A stretch of 32,000 nt of DNA, from contig CP042461.1 in assembly GCA_004563595.2 (NCBI GenBank), forward strand, positions 720,001-752,000, written 5' to 3'. The notes beneath the pieces are model-generated. The model was not told where the DNA came from, searched no databases, and saw only the letters and a program-made list of their open reading frames with translations. The stretch is from Candidatus Saccharimonadota bacterium (GTDB taxonomy: Bacteria > Patescibacteriota > Gracilibacteria > BD1-5 > UBA6164). The translations under genes and the position numbers were made by a program. The number at the start of each line of letters is the position of its first letter. Position 1 is the first letter of the stretch. This document shows, in pieces, positions 21,801 to 29,934 of the stretch.

Positions 21801-24405
21801 AGATATTATAGAGAGTTATGGAAGTCTTCATTTAACTCCGAGTAATCTTGTAAATATACAACCAGCGTTTGTATGAGCGGAGTTTAACACTGTTGAATGA
21901 GAAACAATCACAGATAATATTCCTGTGAAAATTTGAGATCAATTGATTCTTACTTTTAGATATTTTGTAAATGGAGTAGAAACAAATGTAAGTTCAAAAT
22001 TTTCGACTGCATGAAATAGAGAAGGTATCTACTTAAACTTCTCAAAAATTGTTTCTGATACTATGGATACTGATTCAAAAGTACTCTTAGCATGAAACTG
22101 GGCTATTGCGAAAAAATATCTTGAAAGACTTGAAATAGCAAGTAATGAACTAGAGCAAATCTTTAATAGAGAAAATACTCTCAACTATTCAAGAGCTGTA
22201 GTTACACAAAATAGAATACTCAATGAAATAAATGGAGATCCTACTACTTTTGAATTTAAATGACTTACTCTTGATGCTCATAGTTATATTGGTGATTACT
22301 ATAGATGAACTGATTTAACGAATTCATATAAAAAGTATTCAAGTGAATTTTGAAAAATCTATGGACTCTATGCTTCAGAGCAAGAAGGACAAATCTTTGA
22401 TGATATTACAGGGTTAACTGGTATCTCAACAGTAAAAGGTCTTCAATATGCATATGCAAATCCTGCAGACTATACCATTCATAAAATTGATAGTTCAAAT
22501 AAATCAGTTATTGATAGTCTTATACTTTCTGAGAATACTAAGACTCTTATGGGAGCTTATGTAGATGAGTGAAGAACTATTACAACACCAAATAAGTTGG
22601 TGAAAAATCAAACTTGGGAAGGTTTGTTTTATACTGCAATTGATAGTGATGGAGAATGAGTGTATGCGATTGGTGAAGGGGTTGCGCAGAATGGTGGGTT
22701 TAGTGTTGATGAAATGCTTGATATGTGAGAAGGAGTAAATGGAGCTCTTATTGCTTGTATAGAAAATTGAGCAACAGAATTACTCGCAAATACCTGTAGT
22801 GCATTTAAAAATTATGAAACAGTTAACTTTAGTTATAGATGAATAGTAAAAAGTAATGATGAACAATCTGTAAAAGACTTATTTTCGTGGGAAGAAAGTA
22901 ATGGACAATTGATAACAACGAGTTATTTAAATTATGGATACCATAATCTTCTATTTACTAAAAATTGAGTTATTTTTGATAACTCATGAAAGGAAATAAA
23001 AAACTGAGATTATAAATATTTTATCTCATATTCTGATATCTCTACAAAACTCAAAAATCATTTTTCTGACCTAGAAAAAATGCACCTTTCTTTAGATGTA
23101 TGAACTTTTTTCTCAGATATAACATCAAGTGAGTATATATATTATTCTCCAAATCCTAATGCTGGAAATGTCTATTCTGTAAAGTGAGCTTTTTTAAAAA
23201 AGCTTAAGAAAACGTATCGTAAATGAGAGGTAAATACAGTTCAAGAATTACTTTGATTCCCAACTTGAGATGAATTATGATGAACAACAATAGAAAGCAA
23301 TGTTGGTTACAAGTATAAATCTCAACCATTTATAAATGGAAATTTATACAGATATGAAAATTTTTATAATATATTTCCTAATACCGTTTATACATACTGA
23401 GCCCTAGAAGAAACCCTTACTAATAATTGATCTGTGACAGCTCTATGACTCCCCGCAGATGATCCAGATTTCTCTGGTAAAAATGATATTATTCAAGAGT
23501 ATGATAGTTGAGTGTTAATAAAGTTAAATCAAGATTGAGAAACAAACTTAGTGTCAGATAAAAGATACGCTTGTTATTTAGCTAATAATTCTGAAATTAC
23601 AAGTAAAACAAAATTAAGACTTGCATTAATTCACTGATTTTTTTCAGAAATTCAAGACGTAATATGATTAGTCCCCGAATTGATTTTTGGAATATCAAAA
23701 TGAATTATAAGATCTGATTTAGAAATTAGAAAAACAGAATTTTATCTTGATGACATAAAAGATTTATTAATTGAAGTAAGTAAGATAAGGCTTAGTTCAA
23801 TAAAAAACTTTTTTCTAGCTACCTGAAATGGTATTTGAAGTGCTTTATATGATGAAATGAATAGTAGTGATACTACTTGTCCTCTCAGAGAAAGCTATGT
23901 GATTTGAAAAATATGGTGAACATTTGTAACGGCATGATTATGATGAGTATGAACTGCAACAAAAATTGAAAAGATTAACGAAGCAAAAAGATTAGCGAAA
24001 TTAATTAATGCATGAAAATTTGATGATATTGTAAAAGCCAAAAAATTTGCAGATGGTAAATTTAATATAAATTGATTTTATGAATTGAATTATCATTTCT
24101 GAAAACATGGTGAAAATTTTTGATTAAACGTAGATAATTTAAATTTAAAATACAAATATCAAGAAATAGCAGAAAAATTTATAATTAAAGGGGGCTGAAA
24201 TAATGTACTTGAATTTTTACAAAAATCATGAAACGCACATGATTATATTAGAATTAATTATAGTGATGAAATAATTTGAATCTACCGTTTAGAAACAAAA
24301 GAAATTACAACTTTCTTTGAGTTTGACAATATAGATAATATGAATTCTAAAATAAAACAAATACTAAATAATATAAATACAAGTAAAATTTCTTGAAACT
24401 ATTAA
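18754..24405 (+). CDS. giant secreted multidomain protein (1883 aa): signal peptide, Lys-rich coiled coil, subtilase S8, transglutaminase-like domain, long unknown region, distinct C-terminal module (polymorphic-toxin-like)
   Basis: A single table-25 frame was verified at 19324, 20659, 21901, 22981 and 24001 (all in the same phase) and ends at TAA 24403-24405. See the domain sub-features below. Confidence 0.85.
19240..20130 (+). other. peptidase S8 (subtilase) domain with an intact Asp/His/Ser triad
   Basis: Asp is in VAVIDTGVD (codon 19324-19326, with the following Gly encoded by TGA at 19330-19332). His is in HGTNVSGIIGA (19486-19488). The oxyanion Asn is in AAGN (its Gly is TGA at 19765-19767). 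Ser is in GTSFSTPFVTSVVA (19963-19965). Confidence 0.9.
20188..20232 (+). repeat. G+C-rich hairpin-like patch inside the coding sequence, related to the arms of the 18314-18512 element
   Basis: The sequence cccctccctaaccctccccttccaggagaggggacttgaggtg is about two-thirds G+C, in a gene of roughly 30% G+C. It shares ctcccctt, aggagag and gaggtga, in the same order, with the inverted-repeat arms. It encodes PLPNPPLPGEGTGGD in a linker. Confidence 0.35.
20850..21360 (+). other. transglutaminase-like (papain-fold) core domain
   Basis: RSCNDYDSSSLLISLLRASGIPARY carries the Cys at 20944-20946. It is followed by WTFAEMYY and EWLKIDPTF (Asp present). The position usually occupied by the catalytic His aligns by eye with Trp. 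Confidence 0.7.
24040..24402 (+). other. C-terminal module of about 120 aa, candidate toxin domain (family not recognised)
   Basis: FNINGFYELNYHFGKHGENFG carries an H-x2-K-H motif at 24094-24108. It follows a Gly-rich hydrophobic segment, IWGTFVTAGLGGVGTATKIEK. It sits directly upstream of two small paralogous genes. Confidence 0.4.
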
Positions 24406-24422
24406 TTTTTAACTTTACTAAT

Positions 24423-24824
24423 ATGGAAAATAGAACTTACGTTTGCCCAAATTGTTGATTTAATGATTTAGCATGAACATATAGTGTATGTAGGGTATGT
24501 ATGTGGGAGGAAGATTTAGATTGAAAAATATATCCCCTTATAGCAACTTGACCTAATAATAGCTTGTATGATGAACAACAAAAAATTATAAAAAAATATC
24601 CATTATCGATCAAAAAAACTATTTTTTTTGATAAGTATGAGAATAAAAATTTTATGATAATGCGATCAAGTAGTTGGAAGCCAATAGATATAGGAGATAT
24701 AAAATATAAAGATAAGCCTTTCATTGAAAAATGGTATTATGAAGATTATATAAAATCTATTTATTGAGATGATTACAATCATTTATTTGAAGAAGCTCAA
24801 GAATATAACCCTACTGATTATTAA
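24423..24824 (+). CDS. CPCC-type cysteine-rich zinc-ribbon protein (133 aa), candidate immunity protein 1
   Basis: MENRTYVCPNCGFNDLAGTYSVCRVCMWEEDLDG...GPNNSLYDEQQ matches the CxxC...CxxCxWE(D/E)D signature of the Cysteine-rich CPCC domain. The C-terminal part reads KDKPFIEKWYYEDY...EAQEYNPTDY. Confidence 0.8.
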
Positions 24825-24965
24825 AGTAAAAAAATGATTGAAGAATTTTGAGAAATATGAACGTTTTATTAATTTGAATCATTAGAAAAGCAAATTAGTA
24901 AAATTGAGTGAATAGTTAGTAGATGAATAATTATTTCTTGAAAAAAATAAATTTTAACTTTATAT

Positions 24966-25343
24966 ATGAAAACAGAATATTTTATGTGTATATGTTGTTG
25001 ATTTTATACTTTAAAAAACCCTTTTGACTCCGAGGGTATTTGTAAAGTTTGTAAGTGGCAAGATTCAGCTAATGATAAATTTTATCCTTATTCAACATGA
25101 TGAGCAAACATTGATAATTTAGTGAATTCACAAGAAAAATTAGGATTTCTAAATGGTATGAAAGAATTTGATTGATATATTAGAAACCCTAATTGGAAAT
25201 TACTTACTGGAATCAAAATTAAAGATAAACCTTATGTTGAAAAATGGTTTTATAAAGATGTACTAGAAATTTATAACTCTGAATATTACGAAAAAATCTA
25301 TAAAGAAGCCCAAAAATATAACCCTACTGATTATGAAATATAA
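24966..25343 (+). CDS. CPCC-type cysteine-rich zinc-ribbon protein (125 aa), candidate immunity protein 2 (paralog)
   Basis: The N-terminus is MKTEYFMCICCGFYTLKNPFDSEGICKVCKWQDS...GGANIDNLVNSQE. The shared C-terminal part reads KDKPYVEKWFYKDV...EAQKYNPTDYEI. Confidence 0.8.
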
Positions 25344-25663
25344 AGATTTCTTTAAAAGTTTTCTAAAAATGATTATCTGAACAATGGTATGATATATGAT
25401 TTGAATGTTAGTTATTATATGATTATTTTTATTATATGTATATATAGCACTTCCTACAAAAATCTGATACTAAAATATTGATTTAAAACTTTATAATAAT
25501 TACAAATACATGATAAATTTTAATAAATACATTGATTTACATAAGAGTTTAGCCAATGAAAAATTCATATCAGAAGCAAAAAGGATTTCTAAAAAATTAA
25601 ATAGTATTTGAATTATTGAAATATAAAAAAAATAAAAACCCTTAAAACTATAAAAACTTCTAA

Positions 25664-28600
25664 ATGAAATTTAAAAAACTACTATCCCTACTAACCATCT
25701 CAACACTCCTCATATCTACAACGAACTTACAACACGTAAACGCAAACGTAGATATAGGTTTTGATGTGAGTAATGCAAATGAAATAAATATCCCTGCATT
25801 TCCTGAGGATATTGATACAGCTCCTACTGATTGGTCGGAGACAGATTGGGATTCAGAGACTATCCTCCCTGCAGATAAATTTGCTTATGAAAAGAAACTT
25901 GAAGAGCTTCTAAATGCAGGTGATTTTGAAGCTGTAAAAAATCTGGAGATGAAAAAGACTTCTCTGTCTGATGATGCCTCACTTGAAATCTATGATGTAC
26001 CAAAAGAGGTGCAAGAAGTAGTAAAAGATCATTATGAAAATAGTGGTTGAATTTCTGTACAAGGAGTCTGAAAACCCCTTACATTAAAAGAAAAATTACA
26101 AAAACTCCCTTCTCCTTACAAAGGAAAGGAGCTTGATGTGAGGTCTGAAGATCTTACAATAGAAAAAGAACTCCCTGAAATTTCAAAAAATAAATTGAAA
26201 ACAGTGAAGAAAAAATCACTCCAAGCAATCTCTCTTGGGAAAGCGAACATTTGAAATCTACAATTAGAGGAGCAAGTTGAAAAAGATAGAAGTATTTCTC
26301 TTCAAGGAGTTAATACTCCACTTATAGAATACTATGACGGAATCAGTAATAATAATGTTGATTATGCATTATACTCCCTTACCTCTCTTCAATCTGAAAA
26401 TGGTCTGATATGAAACTCTAGCAGAAATACCTATGAGTTTTTACAACTTTTAAAATCATTTAAGAAAACAGATAACTCAGCATATTACAAAGCAAAGAAT
26501 TACTTTCTCAATCTCGTACCAAGAAATAACCTAGAACTCGTATACAAAATACAAGTTATGAAAGATGAATGACAAGATTATTCTTCTCTTGTAACAAGCC
26601 TCAAAAACTCGATGAACTCAGATAAAGGATACCCTCTTTTAGAAGGATATGATTCTGATATTTATACTAGTATTGAAACTCTCAATCTCCTCACTGATCT
26701 CAATGACTCAGCATACATTGATCCTATGAATTATATACTTTGAAATATTTGATCTACTGGAGAAATTAAATATTACCTTGATTGATGAAAAAATAGTTCT
26801 CTCCTTTCATACAAAGTATTACAAACACTGGAAAAACTTACATTTGCTGATAAAGATACTTATATCACAAAAATACGTGATAACTTAGCTATAAATAGTG
26901 AGAGAAGTACACTAGAGTCATCTCTATACGGTCTTTTACTTGAAAAAGATGGAAATGTACTCGATGAAGTTCAATTCATGAAAAATGACTTAAAAAAACT
27001 TCAATCTTATGACTGAAGTTTTACTGATGATCTGACTACTATATACACTTCCCTCTTTCTTGCTGAAGCTGATTTAGTCATTGAATCCGTTACTCCAGTT
27101 TGAACACTCAAACATAAAGATGCTGCAAAACTTACGGTAACAATTAAAAATAATGGATATAAGAAATCTCTCCCTGTATGAATCCATACATATACAAATA
27201 AATATTATCATGCATGAAAAGCAACAGCTATTAGTGATAGTATAGATTCAAATAGTACTGTCATATTCGAACTTGATTTCAGTTCAACCCCTAGATTTAA
27301 GTGAGATGTAGAGTTTGATTTTTTCCTTGATAATCAAGGAGATATAAATTATGAAGATAATTGGTTCAACTCAGCATTTAATTTTGTAAATACTTCTGAT
27401 AATTCCCCAGTACTTCCGATGAATTATTCAGCTTTCTCACACGAAAGTAGTGCATGACTTGGAATTGCGGCTATTTGGAATGATACTGGTGATATAGATC
27501 TACAAGAATATGTAGTACTTGTAAGAAATAAAGGAGAGTCTGATTGGAAAGAAATTGTATTGAATAAAACTCTCTACCCTGAAGGTGCCTTTATCTCATG
27601 ATTTAATGAATGAGATAAAGTGGAGGTAACAATGTGAGTAAGATTAGCTGATAGCACACTCTCATATTTTTCAAATTTTTCTGAGTTTACTATTACTCCG
27701 ACAGCCAATAAGCTCACTTCTAATGTAAATTGAAAACTATACTCAAATAAACTCTGAGTATATAATGAACTCTTAAAGTGAAATTGATACAGTACAACTT
27801 CTGAACCAGGTTGAGATTTTGATATCTCAGTTCCTGCTTGAAAAACTATTATATCTATTGATAAAGGCTCAGGATACGAGAGCTTTGAAAATAGTATTAC
27901 TGCTGATGGAGTAACTGACATAACTTGATATGAATATCATACAAGACTCAAAGTTGATGCAGAAAAACCAGTAATGTCAGATTTAAAATTTAATGATAAT
28001 TTTGCTATAAAAAATAGGAAAACAAAAAATATTATTATATCATGAACTGATAATATAGGCATTAGAGAGTTTCATTTATATTATTATGATCCAGAATATG
28101 CTTCTTGGATATTTGAAAATAGTATGACTCCTGATTATGGACAATCCACTTATACTTGGAGTATTCCAGAAACTCTTCTCTGAACTTGATATAAACTCAA
28201 AACTGTTGCTATAGATTACAAATGAAATGAGTCTCTCCCACTTGAATATGGTCCATTTGAGATAATAGATTGAACAGCTCCAGAATGAACCATTGAAATC
28301 ACATGATTAGAGGCATGAAGCAAATGGAAACTTTGAGATACAAAAGAGTTTACTTGGAACGTAGATCTTGTTTATGATCTACAGCAAATAGTAAATGTAA
28401 AACTCCATTATGAAAATGCGTTCACATATATTGCGAATTCTATTGATGTAATAAAAACATCTGAATCATATACTATCCCTATTGATTCAAAGTATTTGGC
28501 AAATGTCTGATATATAAGCTTACTGGCTTGTGATGTACAAAATAACTGTAGTACACTTGAGTCACCAAGATTTGAAATATATGAAGAAGAGTTCCAGTCA

Positions 28601-29896
28601 AAATGACCATGGAATCAACCAAGTGATATATGAATAAGTCTCTCAAACTGAAATTACAATAGATATATAGAAAAAGTATTTTTCTGAGAAAATGAAACTA
28701 TAGAAGTTATATTTTCTGAATTTGATAAATATACTTGAAGAGACTATAGACTCGTATATAGAAAATATGAAAACTGAGTTTGGTGAGATGAACAAGTAGT
28801 AAAACAATATAATAATCCAAGTAGTTGACCTTCTCATTCATTTAATTCAATAAAGAGTGTGAAACTAGGAAATAAAATTTGAATTACTTACAGTGATTTT
28901 TACAAAGACCTCACTGCTTCATGATTTGGATATGATGAGTCTGAAATATATGCGATAACTATTGAGAATAGTATTCTTGGAAATCTGACACAAATAAGTA
29001 ATGATACAACTCTTTCATATAATCCTGAATTAGAATTTGATGACAATGGTTTATATGTAATATGGAAAGAATGATATAGTATTACTACAGAAACATGAAA
29101 TAGGAAATTAAAATTACGAAAGGCAGATATAAACTGAATATGGAATAATGAAATTATACTGAGTGAAGATTCAGTTTCATACTATGATTTAGAATATCAA
29201 AATAATAGATTATTTATTTCATATGTATTTGAAGATAATCTGAAACTAAAAGAATATAATTACTCTACAAGCACTTGGAATAATGAAATTCTCATAGGAG
29301 CAGAAACCGGAATAAAAGAAAACAAAATATTTCACAGAAATGGTACAGAAATATATGATCTATTTCTGAAAAAAATTACACCTAACACAACAGGTTTAGA
29401 GAAATATCATCTCATTCACAAGAAAGTAGATCTCACTTGATGAACTGCAAATATATTATTAGAGAAAAATATAACAGCAGCTTCAGATTTAGAAAGCCTT
29501 CAAAAATATACGATTGAAAATAAAGATGGTACTACATATCACCTTGTTTATACAAAACTTTCTCTTACTGAAAACGGGGATAAAATTAGTATAAATTATT
29601 CAGAATATGGAGATAATTTAAATACAAACTATTTAGTTCTCTCTCCTGCTACAAATATAATTTCAGGATCTAATTACTTGTTTACTAGCAAATTAAATGA
29701 TGTGTTAAAACTATGATATGTTTCAACTATCTGATGAGTAACTAAATTACAATATGTCACATGAGATTTTACTCCAAAATCATCTGAATTTAGTTTTCCT
29801 GAATTTGACATTGACGTAACAATGAATCTCAATGAATTTAGAGTTACATTCATATTCCTCTGATACAGATTTAGTTTCTGGCTAAATTTACTTTAA
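25664..29896 (+). CDS. large secreted surface protein (1410 aa): prenyltransferase-like alpha/alpha repeats, CARDB-like and Ig-like beta domains
   Basis: Signal peptide is MKFKKLLSLLTISTLLISTTNLQHVNA. The table-25 frame was verified at 27599, 28622 and 29879 and ends at TAA 29894-29896. It extends track ORF 25664-26050. Confidence 0.85.
26330..27060 (+). other. prenyltransferase/terpene-cyclase-like alpha-alpha toroid repeats
   Basis: Recurrent Q/S-x2-(D/N)G-aromatic repeats: LQSENGLIGNS, NSDKGYPLLEG, GSTGEIKYYLDGG and LQSYDGSFTDD. Confidence 0.4.
27068..27330 (+). other. CARDB-like domain
   Basis: ADLVIESVTPVGTLKHKDAAKLTVTIKNNGYKKSLPVGIHTY... matches the usual DLvv-x-vtvtvkNqG pattern. Confidence 0.5.
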
Positions 29897-29934
29897 TATA
29901 TATAATATTTATTACTTTTATAATTTCATATACA

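Noticed and set aside
24838-24876. A mini-ORF (MIEEFGEIGTFY) or orphan toxin fragment between the two CPCC genes.
   Set aside because: It is only 12 codons long. All frames of 24825-24965 are closed by TAA or TAG. There is no detectable similarity to the giant protein's C-terminus beyond the shared leader.
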